Positions 29,800 through 39,745 of a stretch of DNA of 64,000 nt are shown here, piece by piece. Position 1 is the stretch's first letter, and the number at the start of each line of letters is the position of its first letter. This DNA is from an uncultured Methanoregula sp. (lineage in GTDB: Archaea; Halobacteriota; Methanomicrobia; Methanomicrobiales; Methanospirillaceae), in contig CAXXCP010000002.1 of the NCBI GenBank assembly GCA_963666355.2, positions 18,101 to 82,100 of the forward strand, read 5' to 3'. The notes below the pieces were generated by a model that saw nothing but the letters and a program-made list of their open reading frames with translations, did no database searches and was not told the DNA's origin. The position numbers were made by a program, and so were the translations under genes.

Positions 29800-30105
29800 A
29801 TGCGGAAATATCCGGGTATCCCCGAACTGCTCGAAGCATTCATGCAGGAGCAGGGGTCTTCCAAACGGTGGGTTACTGTGCAGGAACTCCGTGACCGGTT
29901 CGGCCTGACCCGCTATCAGTGTAATACCGTCTCCGGATTCCTGCGGCGGCTGGAGTTCGGGCCGTTTGGGCAATTCCCGTTCATCGTCGCGAAGATAATA
30001 CGGGAAGACGGCGAGAACCCCTCCGATCCAAAAAAATGCCGGTATCTGTTGCAACTGCGGGAACAATATGCTCTGCAACGGGAGCCCATTCATGGCACGC
30101 AATAG
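29800..30105 (+). CDS. Hypothetical protein, paralog 1 of a tandem pair
   Basis: Aligns with the next ORF: IPELLEAFM...RWVTVQELR.RF.L...SGFLRR. Confidence 0.75.
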   Translation: MRKYPGIPELLEAFMQEQGSSKRWVTVQELRDRFGLTRYQCNTVSGFLRRLEFGPFGQFPFIVAKIIREDGENPSDPKKCRYLLQLREQYALQREPIHGTQ

Positions 30106-30469
30106 GGACATCCCGGACCTTCTTGAAAGGTTCATGGAAGAATCAGGCGAGACACAACGTTGGGTCACGGTCAATGAAATCCGGACTCATTTCAATCTGG
30201 ATGAATTTTCCGCACCGCCCATCTCCGGTTTTTTACGCAGGATTTATCACGGAACTTTTTTTTCCTGCAAGTACAGGGTGGAACGGATTGAGAAAGTCAT
30301 AATTCAGAACCCTCAGCACAGGATTATCAGAAGATATCTGGTTACAAAGAGACCCCCGGCACGTGAAAAAAAACCGGAGGAGGCCAGTACTCAATTTATT
30401 GGCACAGGTACACACGATGTTTTCACCGATTCGGCTGCAATCGAACATTTTGACCGTGTGTTACTGTGA
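30092..30469 (+). CDS. Hypothetical protein, paralog 2 of a tandem pair
   Basis: IPDLLERFM...RWVTVNEIR.HF.L...SGFLRR; overlaps the previous stop. Confidence 0.75.
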   Translation: MARNRDIPDLLERFMEESGETQRWVTVNEIRTHFNLDEFSAPPISGFLRRIYHGTFFSCKYRVERIEKVIIQNPQHRIIRRYLVTKRPPAREKKPEEASTQFIGTGTHDVFTDSAAIEHFDRVLL

Positions 30470-30906
30470 AACAACGATGGAAGCGAAGATTCACGTGGCT
30501 AATAATTTCTGTTGTGATGTGATGATGGGACGTAAGAGAAATGTGCCTCTATTACTTGGTTCGGCTGCAATGTTCCGCTGTTTCGTTTGAGGAAGATCGA
30601 TCCTGTTCTCCTATCAACCATACGCTCTCCCCTCTCCCGGCATGGTGGGGGGTAGGGGCGGGCGGTCCGGAAGACTGAAAACCACCTCCAGCGGGCGTGG
30701 ATTGCTCCATGATTCTAACTTGTTGTCAGGAATCCGGTCGGGAGTGTACTGAGCAAAAATATGGGTAAATTTTATGTATTTCTTAAAAGCAGGTGAAATT
30801 TGGCCCCTTTTTTGTTTTGGTGACAATTTTAGCGTATCGAACTCAAATTGAGTGGAACCCCTCACCAAAAACCTGAAAAAAGACGTTAACGAAGGACTCG
30901 CGATCA

Positions 30907-32655
30907 TCAGATAGCTGGCCGGAAGAAGGAACGGTTTGTGCAGCTGTCCTGGAAAGGAATGCCATAGAATTTCCGGTAGAACCCGTCCGCCTCTTTCCGG
31001 ATATCAAATGCGCACCGGTCCGGATGAAGGATGTTTGCGAGAACCATCAGTCCGAGAATCCACCGGGGATTGCCAAAATCCCAGGAGGGATGCATGGCAT
31101 GGACCTGGAGATTTCTCATTGCGGATACATCGATCTCATGGTCACGGCAGTAAGCACAGACATCTTCGACCGTTGTGGAAAACAGGCCCGAGATCATCAT
31201 CACGTCCGGGTTCATGCGCCTGATATCGTCATCGCCGATCGTGATCCCGGGTTTTCCTTTGCGGGGAAGATTCCGGCTGGTGATCTCCCCGCCGGCGAGT
31301 TCGACCAGCCGCATCTCGAATCGTTCCTCGTTCAGGGCAAAACGCGGCAGGCCCATCATATAATAGACGCGGGGTTTTGCCGCACCATCAATCCGCTCCG
31401 CAACATCAGCGACCCGGGCCTTCATGTACCGGATCAATTCCTCCCCCCGGTTTTCGTGCCCGGTTAATTGTGCCAGTCGGGAGATGATCGCATAACTCCC
31501 TTCAACCGTCTGGATTTTTGTGTGCAGCTCGTTGATGTAATTCTGCTGCATAAAATCCACCCAGACACGGACACGGGCCTCTTTTTCGGTCACACCCAGG
31601 CAGACAAGGTATGCATCAATGGTCTCAAGCGCACGGGTCGGCCGGTATCCGCCCATCATTCCGGGTTCGGCAAACGGATGGGGCGCGATGGTTCCCGTAA
31701 TCGGCAGGCGATACCCGCACCGGCAGGTTGCGTCCTGCCGGCTCTCGATCACGTGGGCGCCCATCGGGCCGAACATCTCCCGGGAGACAATACGGTCTCC
31801 GCATTCGGGACACCTGCTGTCGAGGTACCCGCTCCCCGGTGCATTGAACAGGTATACGAACGGGATTTTCTTCCGGAGGGCATCGCATACGTGTTCGGAC
31901 TCACGGATTGACGGTTCCATCTCTAAATCCGCGAGTCCGAAGGCAATGAACCGCATAACCTGGATGGGGATATCCGGGGAAATTTCCGCGATCTTTTCTG
32001 CCGTCTCCATGATATCCTGCTCGTGCCCGCGCACGTGAACGAGGGATACTTCCAGATGTATATGGTGCCGGGCAAGCGTCCGGATGGTTGAGAAGACCGG
32101 CGCCGCGACAGGAACGCCGCACGAACGGTATGCTGCATCGGAACATCCTTTGACCCCTACCGCTACGCAATCGAGGAACGGCAGGAGTCCTGCCAGTGCG
32201 TCAGGAGTAAAGTAGCCATTCGTGGAACAGCCAGCCAGCAGACCGTGTTCGTGTGCAGCTTTTGCGAGTGCCTGAAATGTCGGGTAGGCGACGGCCGGTT
32301 CATTCAGGCAGAACATGATACCGATACACTGATCTGCGAGTGCGTGGGCAACCACCTCCCCGGGACTGCGCCGTCTCATGGCCGGCCCGAGTTCGTCAAC
32401 CATGCCGGTCAGAATTTCGGAGACGCAACCGGGACAGGAAAAATTACAGCCGATCGTACTCACCTGGAGGAATTTTCCCTGCGGATAGAAGTGCAGGAGG
32501 GGCATGGTCTCGATGCTTATGGGGAATTCCACCAGGCAGGCTCCCGGGAACCGTTCAACAATCCCCCCTGAAGTATTGGTATAACAGTGGCACACACCAG
32601 TCGATCCTTCAGCGATGGTGCAGTTCAGTTCGCAATATGAGCATTTCATGATCAT
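30907..32655 (-). CDS. Radical SAM protein (AmmeMemoRadiSam/PFL-AE-like) fused to a C-terminal metal-chelate binding domain
   Basis: CNFSCPGC, N-terminal CSYC...C.C, LLHFYP, NEP, TNGY, CPECG; C-terminal KPRVYY, ELAGG, NPDVM, LANILHPD, FYRKFYG. Confidence 0.85.
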   Translation of the reverse strand: MIMKCSYCELNCTIAEGSTGVCHCYTNTSGGIVERFPGACLVEFPISIETMPLLHFYPQGKFLQVSTIGCNFSCPGCVSEILTGMVDELGPAMRRRSPGEVVAHALADQCIGIMFCLNEPAVAYPTFQALAKAAHEHGLLAGCSTNGYFTPDALAGLLPFLDCVAVGVKGCSDAAYRSCGVPVAAPVFSTIRTLARHHIHLEVSLVHVRGHEQDIMETAEKIAEISPDIPIQVMRFIAFGLADLEMEPSIRESEHVCDALRKKIPFVYLFNAPGSGYLDSRCPECGDRIVSREMFGPMGAHVIESRQDATCRCGYRLPITGTIAPHPFAEPGMMGGYRPTRALETIDAYLVCLGVTEKEARVRVWVDFMQQNYINELHTKIQTVEGSYAIISRLAQLTGHENRGEELIRYMKARVADVAERIDGAAKPRVYYMMGLPRFALNEERFEMRLVELAGGEITSRNLPRKGKPGITIGDDDIRRMNPDVMMISGLFSTTVEDVCAYCRDHEIDVSAMRNLQVHAMHPSWDFGNPRWILGLMVLANILHPDRCAFDIRKEADGFYRKFYGIPFQDSCTNRSFFRPAI

Positions 32656-32824
32656 TTGGTACCTTTTCCCCGCGCGGATTGGGATTTGGATGGCCCCGGC
32701 AGTTTTGCGGATTGCAGGAGATAAATGTTTGACCGGTTTTTAATTTAACATTTTTGTTTAATTTTAACAAAATGTGAATATCAAATAATTAACTATATTA
32801 CAATATATGTCTCATATGAGCGGT

Positions 32825-33670
32825 ATGAAATGTATCAGACATCTGCTCATTTTGACCGTTCTGGTTATCTGTGGACTCCTCGCCGCCGGATGTACCTCTT
32901 CCGCCCCGGCAGGATCGCCCGGTTCTGCAACTCAGTCCGTCGCTCCCACTCCGGCGGGTGCGCAGGAGACCGTCCTTGTGTTCGCCGGTGCCGGCCTTAA
33001 GGCGCCGCTTGATGAGATCGGAGCTGCGTTCAGACAGAAGTATAGCATCGATGTCCAGTACAATTACGGCGGGGCGGGCACGCTTGTCTCTCAGATGAAT
33101 CTCACGCACAAGGGTGATGTGTTCATCCCCGGTTCCACTGCCGAATGGAAGACCGCACAGTCGCAGGGTCTCGTGGACAGCTACCAGATCGTTGCCTATC
33201 ATGTGCCCGCCATCGCTGTGCAGAAAGGCAATCCGAAGCAGATCGAGACCGTGAAGGATCTCGCCCGGCCCGGCCTCAGGGTAGCGCTCGGCGATGTAAA
33301 CGCGACCGCAATCGGGAAAGCCGGTGCAAAGATCTTCCAGAAGTTCAACATCACCGCGAGTGTTGAGAAGAATGTCGTCACCCGGACACCGACCATCAAT
33401 GAACTGGTCACCCTCATGAACGCCGGGCAGGCGGATGCCGCCATCATGACGCTGGACAGTATCAATACGGAAAAACTTGACCTCATCGCGATCCCGCTCG
33501 GCGACAACCAGATCCTGATGACGCCTGTCGGCGTAACAACCTATTCAAAGAATACGAATGCAGCGAACAAGTTCGCCGCCTATGTTGCATCGGACGAAGG
33601 GAAGGCATTTTTTGCAAAACACGGGTTCCCCACCTACCCGGACCCGATGTTTGCCAATGTCAGACCGTGA
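32825..33670 (+). CDS. modA: Molybdate/tungstate ABC substrate-binding lipoprotein
   Basis: Lipobox AAGC, FAGAGL, YGGAGTL, DVFIPG, VQKGNPK, AIGKAG. Confidence 0.88.
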   Translation: MKCIRHLLILTVLVICGLLAAGCTSSAPAGSPGSATQSVAPTPAGAQETVLVFAGAGLKAPLDEIGAAFRQKYSIDVQYNYGGAGTLVSQMNLTHKGDVFIPGSTAEWKTAQSQGLVDSYQIVAYHVPAIAVQKGNPKQIETVKDLARPGLRVALGDVNATAIGKAGAKIFQKFNITASVEKNVVTRTPTINELVTLMNAGQADAAIMTLDSINTEKLDLIAIPLGDNQILMTPVGVTTYSKNTNAANKFAAYVASDEGKAFFAKHGFPTYPDPMFANVRP

Positions 33671-33700
33671 GCGCTCAGGGATAACAAAAGAGGTGTTCTC

Positions 33701-34183
33701 ATGATCGAGTTTCAACCCATCGGGATCGCGCATTCACGGCTCTTAACCGCGGGTGCGCCACCATTCCAGAGCGTGTTCTCGCAGGAAGAGGGTGTGATCG
33801 AGCTCTTCCCGGCATTTCAGGAAGGGCTCAAAAGCATCGAAGGGTTCTCCCACCTCATCATCCTCTCCTGTTTCGACCGGGCCACACAGAAGGCGCTCAT
33901 TGAAAAGCCGCTGACTGATGGCGTATCTTCGCACGGTATTTTTGCGTGCCGGCACTTCAACCGCCCGAACCCTATCGGGATCTCGTATATGACCCTGATC
34001 AGGGTGAACGACTGCAGGCTCACCGTGAAAGGGATGGACCTTCTTGACGGGACACCGGTTCTCGATATCAAACCTTATGTTCCGGCCTTTGACAGCATTC
34101 CCGATGCTGCCTCCGGATGGGTATCAGAAGAGCACATCGGACGGATACGCGAGACGAGTGCCCTCAAGCGGTCAGTATCATGA
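33701..34183 (+). CDS. tsaA: TsaA/TrmO (YaeB-like) SAM-binding protein
   Basis: PIG, GL..IEGFSH, GIFACRHFNRPNPIG, DLLDGTPVLDIKPY. Confidence 0.88.
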   Translation: MIEFQPIGIAHSRLLTAGAPPFQSVFSQEEGVIELFPAFQEGLKSIEGFSHLIILSCFDRATQKALIEKPLTDGVSSHGIFACRHFNRPNPIGISYMTLIRVNDCRLTVKGMDLLDGTPVLDIKPYVPAFDSIPDAASGWVSEEHIGRIRETSALKRSVS

Positions 34184-34223
34184 GGAAAAACACCGGCAGG
34201 GATAACGACAGGGATAATCACTG

Positions 34224-34997
34224 ATGCGAAAAATCTCTCTTGCCATCACCCTCATTTTGTTTTTCGTCATCAGTGCAACCCTCCTTGGCCTGGTATTCTA
34301 TTCTCCGCTCCCGGTTCTTGCCCGGAGTCTCACGAATCCCGAGATCCAGTTTGCGGTATTGCTCAGCCTTGTCACGAGCGTGATATCGACAATTCTCTGC
34401 ATTGTTCTTGCCATTCCGGTTGCGTACGCCCTTGCAAGGTACGAATTTTTCGGAAAACGGGTCGCAACCCTTGTCCTGACACTCCCCCTCCCCCTCCCGC
34501 CGCTGGTTGCCGGCATTGCCCTTCTCCTGTTCTTTGGCACAACGCCATGGGGCAAAGCCCTGGAGAATGCCGGGTTCGGCGTCATCTTCACCCCACTCGG
34601 CATCGTTGTTGCCGAGCTCTTCGTGAACATCCCGTATATGATCCGGATCCTGCGTTCCGCATTCTCCTCGATCAACCCGCGGTTCGAGTACGTGGCAAAA
34701 ACCCTCGGGTGCACGGACACCGGGGCCTTCTTCCAGGTCACCCTTCCGATGGCCCGCCACGGCCTCCTTGCCGGTGCGGTGATAACATGGTCGAAGGCTA
34801 TGGGGGAGTTCGGGGCGGTGCTGATGGTTGCCGGGGCCACGACCATGAGGACCGAGACACTGCCGATTGCGCTGTATCTCAACATCTCGACCGGCGACCT
34901 GAACCTGGCGGTTGCAGCCGCGACCATCCTGATATTAATCTCGCTAATTACCCTCTGTGCGGTGGAATACTTCGACCGGGGGGTCCATGTTTTTTAG
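34224..34997 (+). CDS. modB: Molybdate/tungstate ABC permease
   Basis: LPPLVAGIALL, AKTLG, KAMGEFGA, TLPIALY. Confidence 0.9.
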   Translation: MRKISLAITLILFFVISATLLGLVFYSPLPVLARSLTNPEIQFAVLLSLVTSVISTILCIVLAIPVAYALARYEFFGKRVATLVLTLPLPLPPLVAGIALLLFFGTTPWGKALENAGFGVIFTPLGIVVAELFVNIPYMIRILRSAFSSINPRFEYVAKTLGCTDTGAFFQVTLPMARHGLLAGAVITWSKAMGEFGAVLMVAGATTMRTETLPIALYLNISTGDLNLAVAAATILILISLITLCAVEYFDRGVHVF

Positions 34998-35000
34998 GGG

Positions 35001-35378
35001 GTGACGACCGTGCTGCGCATTGAATCCCTGTCCATCACCCTCGGCGAATTCTCAGTACGGGACGTGTCTCTCGAGATTCATGCTGGAGAGTACGTGATCA
35101 TTCTCGGCCCGACCGGCGCGGGAAAGACCGTTCTCCTGGAAACGATTGCCGGCATCCATACACCGGACTCCGGAAGAATACTTCTTGGCGACAACGAGAT
35201 AACCGCGACCGAACCGCGCCTGCGGAATATCGGCATGGTATACCAGGACTATATGCTCTTTCCTCACCTCACGGTCGGGGATAATATTGCATTCGGGTTG
35301 CACCAGAGGAAAATATCTCCGGATGAGCTGCACGCACTCGTGGGGAAGATGAGTTCGCTTCTGGAAATTTCTCATCTC
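35001..35378 (+). pseudogene. modC: modC 5' half, truncated by an IS
   Basis: GPTGAGKT, VYQDYMLFPHLTV; ends at the IS terminus before the ABC signature. Confidence 0.92.
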
Positions 35379-36668
35379 CAGTACTTCTCTAAATTTACCT
35401 CCGTGAATTTTGGCAAGTCATCAATACTCTCAACCTCTGATCAACCAAACGGTCGAAGAACAGAAACAAATGAGACAAATTTGAGTTTTTTCCGAATCCC
35501 TTCCCAGACCAATAGCCGGAAGAAATCGAAACGGAACAAATCTTCAGCAACGGTTCTTGGTCCTCGTTGAACCTTAGAGAAGAACATCCATTGAAGAGAG
35601 ACCCAGATATTTTTGAGAAGGAAAGAGATTATCGTCAGCAGGTACCGGATCACAACGTTTCTTGTGGATGTCCTTGCTTTCACGATATTCCGGATACGGT
35701 ACGAAGACTCGATCGCAAACCGGTTCTTGTAGACCCGGTAGATCCGACGGGGTTTCCAGTTAATACCATACACGACGTAACCCAGGTTCACATTCCCGTA
35801 TTTCTTATTCCTTCCCAGAAGGTACTGGACATCAATTGCCAGAGTAAGAGAAAGAGGTTCGCCAGTTCCCATCATCGTATACTGTGCATACCGGGAATGA
35901 TTTCCCCGGAGTATTTTCTTGAGTTCTTCGCCGTGTTTTCTCACCGGAACAATGTGCGGGATCTTTTCCTTCTGGAGAAATGAGAACACATCTTTTGAGT
36001 AAAATCCCCGATCAAGACAGAGTACTTGGGTGTTCACTTTTGCGTTGTGGATTATGGCCAAAAATTTCCGGATGTACTCGACCTTTGACACACCCTTCTT
36101 CACCGGGAAAACTGCAAGGGTCTGCCGTTGACCTTTTGTTGTGATGGAGAGCGAAACATACGAGTAAAATGTGGTTGTTGATTTCTTCATTTTACTCTTG
36201 AGGACGTAATCTTTGTTCGCTTCGATAATTTCGCCATAATAAGGATCGTCGGTGAAATCTCTGGCAAAATGATACGATTTTCCGGGAACAAGGATCTGAT
36301 CGTTTGAATAGGTGAGGATCTTTGATTGTATTTCGAAAAGCGATTCTAAATCCACCTTCGATAAATGGTATCTGACTGACGTTTCACACGGGACTTTTTC
36401 TCCGGCCTTATTGATGGAATGCACGGATAGTTTGGTTGCTGACATCCCAACAAGTGACTGGATAAGGGTCTTTTGTCTCAGTGTTCCGTTGATGGAAATG
36501 GTGAGATTCCGGTTGATTGCATCCACTGCTATTTCGGAACAATCTTCTGCTCGGATCTCATTCTTTATTCGGCGGGTGAATTGCCGTCTATTTGCCATAT
36601 GCGGCGCCCGCTGCCTATTTAGATCTGCCGGTTTTGATTAGCCTCGGCTAAAAATTAGTGAAGTACTG
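35379..36668 (-). mobile_element. ISH3-family (IS4-like) insertion sequence, copy 1, 1290 bp
   Basis: TIR CAGTACTTC(A/T)CTAA(T/A)TTT; near-identical to 45569-46858 and 54937-56226. Confidence 0.93.
35441..36598 (-). CDS. ISH3-family transposase
   Basis: DFTDDPYYG, LDRGFYS, YKNRFAIESSYR (YREK). Confidence 0.93.
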   Translation of the reverse strand: MANRRQFTRRIKNEIRAEDCSEIAVDAINRNLTISINGTLRQKTLIQSLVGMSATKLSVHSINKAGEKVPCETSVRYHLSKVDLESLFEIQSKILTYSNDQILVPGKSYHFARDFTDDPYYGEIIEANKDYVLKSKMKKSTTTFYSYVSLSITTKGQRQTLAVFPVKKGVSKVEYIRKFLAIIHNAKVNTQVLCLDRGFYSKDVFSFLQKEKIPHIVPVRKHGEELKKILRGNHSRYAQYTMMGTGEPLSLTLAIDVQYLLGRNKKYGNVNLGYVVYGINWKPRRIYRVYKNRFAIESSYRIRNIVKARTSTRNVVIRYLLTIISFLLKNIWVSLQWMFFSKVQRGPRTVAEDLFRFDFFRLLVWEGIRKKLKFVSFVSVLRPFG

Positions 36669-36669
36669 G

Positions 36670-36813
36670 ATCCGGAGAGTGAACCTGAACAGGACCTATA
36701 CGCCATTAAAAGTCGGGGTTGCTGTCGGGTACATCCTGCTGGGGATGCTGTCAGCTTCGACATCCATGATAGGCATTCTCGTTGGCGCAGTTCTCCGGGC
36801 GGTAGGTTTGTAA
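36670..36813 (+). pseudogene. Orphan C-terminal fragment of a membrane protein abutting the IS
   Basis: Open frame IRRVNLNRTYTPLKVGVAVGYILLGMLSASTSMIGILVGAVLRAVGL then stop and T-tract. Confidence 0.5.
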
Positions 36814-37049
36814 CCTTTTTTTTGGTTTTCGTTTTCAAGGAACACACGGACGAGCCCGGGCTCGAAAAACGCCGGGCTGTTAAAACCCATTTTCTCGAGC
36901 CGGAACAAAAAACGGCATAAAGTAGCCATATATTCACGACAACACGAACAGCGAGATGACGAACAGGAGTGACGCAGAAGTGACGTATCCTACCCTGTGT
37001 TATCGGCATTCCAAAAAAAGAGGCGGGGTAAATCTTCCGGAACCTGTGT

Positions 37050-37487
37050 TTATACGACATGCACAGAGCCCTGCATGCTGGGCTGGACCATGTCCGCATA
37101 ATCGTAAACCCCGGGATTGTTGAAGACCTTGGTCCACGACTGGCCGGGCGACATAAGTTGTGAAGTGGTTCCATCGGCGAATTTGATCCGGTGCGTTGAA
37201 TCATCCCCGTTAACCCACCGGGCGGAAGCCCCGGCTTTGATGATCATGACTTCGGGATCGATCGCGAGTTTCTTTAAGGTAATCGTGTTGTCATTAACAG
37301 AAACCGTCTGCTGGAGGGTGGGCTGTGCAATCAGGGTCGGTTGAGCCGTAGCGACCGTTTTTGTTACAACCGGCTTTGTTATTACCGGTGTCGGGCCGGG
37401 TGTCGCAGGGGCCGGTGAAGACTGGGTGCACCCGGCCGCAAGGATAGCAGCTGCCACAATAATGGTAAATACAATGATTTTCTTCAT
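37050..37487 (-). CDS. Cupredoxin-fold lipoprotein
   Basis: Lipobox AAGC, Pro/Thr linker, IKAG..ARWVNGD...H, PGQSWTKVF..PGVYDY...PSMQG. Confidence 0.8.
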   Translation of the reverse strand: MKKIIVFTIIVAAAILAAGCTQSSPAPATPGPTPVITKPVVTKTVATAQPTLIAQPTLQQTVSVNDNTITLKKLAIDPEVMIIKAGASARWVNGDDSTHRIKFADGTTSQLMSPGQSWTKVFNNPGVYDYADMVQPSMQGSVHVV

Positions 37488-37591
37488 GATGATTCCCGGA
37501 ATTGTTCTTATGTACAATTGTTGTAGGCCGGCAAAAATAAATGCGTGGCTTTGGGACAGATAAAGCGGGCACGGGTATTTACAACCAGTTC

Positions 37592-39745
37592 TCAGGTCTC
37601 GCCCGTTCCAGGCGGTTTTAGTACCGTTACATCAAGCGATGCAAGGACTGCCATGAAATCCTCAGCATGATAATAATCGGATATCATCATATCGTGGAGT
37701 AACGAGACCGGCAGTGCCGGTGCGAATTTCCAGCTCTCTGTCCGGGGAGGCGGCAGGACACGTGCGATCTCGTCATAGCCCATCACCCTGACCGATTCAA
37801 TTGCATCCAGGATCTTTTCCCGTGCACGAACTTCTCCTTCTTTACCCGGGCATTGCACCCGGATGAGGAAGTCATTGTACCGGGCCGGAGCCTTGCTCAC
37901 CAGATGATGGCCAATGAGAAGAGCAAGAAGCCGGTTGAAGCCGCGGCCGGAAAAAGAGAAAATAGTGACTTCAACACCGCCGTGCGTTCCTTTCTGTGAC
38001 ATCACGTACAGCCCGCTTTCACCCATACCTTCAGGAACCCGGTTGAGAGCCTCCCTGATCAGCATCTGCTCGGTTTCGCCGAGAGGAAGGGTCGAGCCAC
38101 CCCGGGCCTGGATCTTCTGGATCATCCGGCAGACAACCGGTGAGAAACCCACCTCTTCACTCCCGGTCCAGAAGATCCGGGAAGTACCCGAACCAGATGG
38201 CACGACAACCACGATGTTATGCCCATCATCCGTCTTGACCATCGACCAGTCCCTGCCCCCAAGGGAGATCGCGCCATCATTATTGCTGTTGACAAAACGC
38301 GCATCCAGTTTCCCCACGGCCTCTCCCTCAGGAGTGACTGCCCGGTACTCCTCACCACCTGTGATAACCGAATACAGATCCTTCCAGTTCGACCGCCCGA
38401 ACTGGCGCTCCGCCCCGGGTCCCGGCATGATCATCTCACCGTCGGTTGTGATATAGCCGGTACTGGCGAGATGGCTGAGGATCGTATCGAAGACCTCGTG
38501 CTTAATTCCCCGGAAGGACGGGTGGCTGTGAAGCGCAGAAAAAAGCTGGCGGTGGGTCACCCGGGGATGCGTGTGAAGGTACAGGAAGATCTGCTGGAGC
38601 AGGACATTGTAGGGTTTTTTGGGTGGCGTAAGCCCTTCCACCTCTTTTTTGACAGCGCATTCGATGATTGCAACACTGCACAAAAGCTCGCAGGGGTTCC
38701 TGAGGATCCACGCGACAAACGCGTTCCTGTCACGACGGCCGGTCCGGCCCATTCTCTGCAGGAACGATGAGACCGTATCGGGGCTGCCAAGCTGGACAAC
38801 AATATCAAGATTGCCGATGTCTATCCCGAGCTCAAGCGTGCTCGTGCAGATGATACACGCACCCTCAGGAGATGAGAACGCATCTTCAGCAGCTTTCCGT
38901 GTCGCGTACGCAAGGGAGGAATGATGGATGTGCAGATTCTGCACCCTGCCGGAGACTGCCTTTACCATCTTTTCCGCTTCGCTCCTGCTGTTGACAAAGA
39001 CGAGCGCCTTCCTGCCCCTGACGATCCGGACGAGCGCATCAGTGCGATCCTCCTCCCCGGGTTCGACAATAAACCGGAACTGTTTTTCTTTCGGGGGTGC
39101 GGGAATTGCCACAAGCTCCATCCCGTGCCGGTTATCCGAGAGCCACGCGAGCACCTCTTCCGGGTTTCCGGTCGTTGCCGAGAGACCAATCCGCTGGATC
39201 TTTCGTTGTGCGAGCGTGTCCAGCCGGTCGAGCAGGACTTTCAGATGGACCCCCCGGTCAGATTCAACGAACGCGTGGAGTTCATCGATAATGATGGACC
39301 TGATGTTCCGGAGGTCAGGTGCATACTCCCTTCCCTGCAGGACAACTTCCAGCGATTCCGGCGTGATCATCAGGAAATGAGGCGGTTCGCCGATCTGCCA
39401 TTTCCGGTCCCCTTTGGCCACATCCCCGTGCCACTTCATTACCGAGAGCGATGTGGGGACACAGAACGCCCGGAACCGTTCTTCCTGATCGTTGATCAGC
39501 GCCTTCAGCGGTGAGAGGTAGAGGCAGCTCACCCCCGGTCTCCCGTTTTTGAGGATGTCATCGATCACCGGGATAAGAGCCGCCTCGGACTTTCCCCCGG
39601 CGGTTGGTGCGATAATCAGAACATCCTTCCCGGTACCGACTGCGGAGTATGCCCGTTCCTGGACTTCGCGGATCTCCGTCCAGCCCAGTCGCCCGGACAA
39701 AACCTGCTGGAGGGATTCGTGCAACCCGGAAAAGATGTTCGACAC
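37592..39745 (-). CDS. Lhr-like DEAD/DEAH-box helicase
   Basis: APTAGGKSE, PLKAL, DELH, SAT, STLELGID, QRMGRTGR. Confidence 0.92.
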   Translation of the reverse strand: MSNIFSGLHESLQQVLSGRLGWTEIREVQERAYSAVGTGKDVLIIAPTAGGKSEAALIPVIDDILKNGRPGVSCLYLSPLKALINDQEERFRAFCVPTSLSVMKWHGDVAKGDRKWQIGEPPHFLMITPESLEVVLQGREYAPDLRNIRSIIIDELHAFVESDRGVHLKVLLDRLDTLAQRKIQRIGLSATTGNPEEVLAWLSDNRHGMELVAIPAPPKEKQFRFIVEPGEEDRTDALVRIVRGRKALVFVNSRSEAEKMVKAVSGRVQNLHIHHSSLAYATRKAAEDAFSSPEGACIICTSTLELGIDIGNLDIVVQLGSPDTVSSFLQRMGRTGRRDRNAFVAWILRNPCELLCSVAIIECAVKKEVEGLTPPKKPYNVLLQQIFLYLHTHPRVTHRQLFSALHSHPSFRGIKHEVFDTILSHLASTGYITTDGEMIMPGPGAERQFGRSNWKDLYSVITGGEEYRAVTPEGEAVGKLDARFVNSNNDGAISLGGRDWSMVKTDDGHNIVVVVPSGSGTSRIFWTGSEEVGFSPVVCRMIQKIQARGGSTLPLGETEQMLIREALNRVPEGMGESGLYVMSQKGTHGGVEVTIFSFSGRGFNRLLALLIGHHLVSKAPARYNDFLIRVQCPGKEGEVRAREKILDAIESVRVMGYDEIARVLPPPRTESWKFAPALPVSLLHDMMISDYYHAEDFMAVLASLDVTVLKPPGTGET

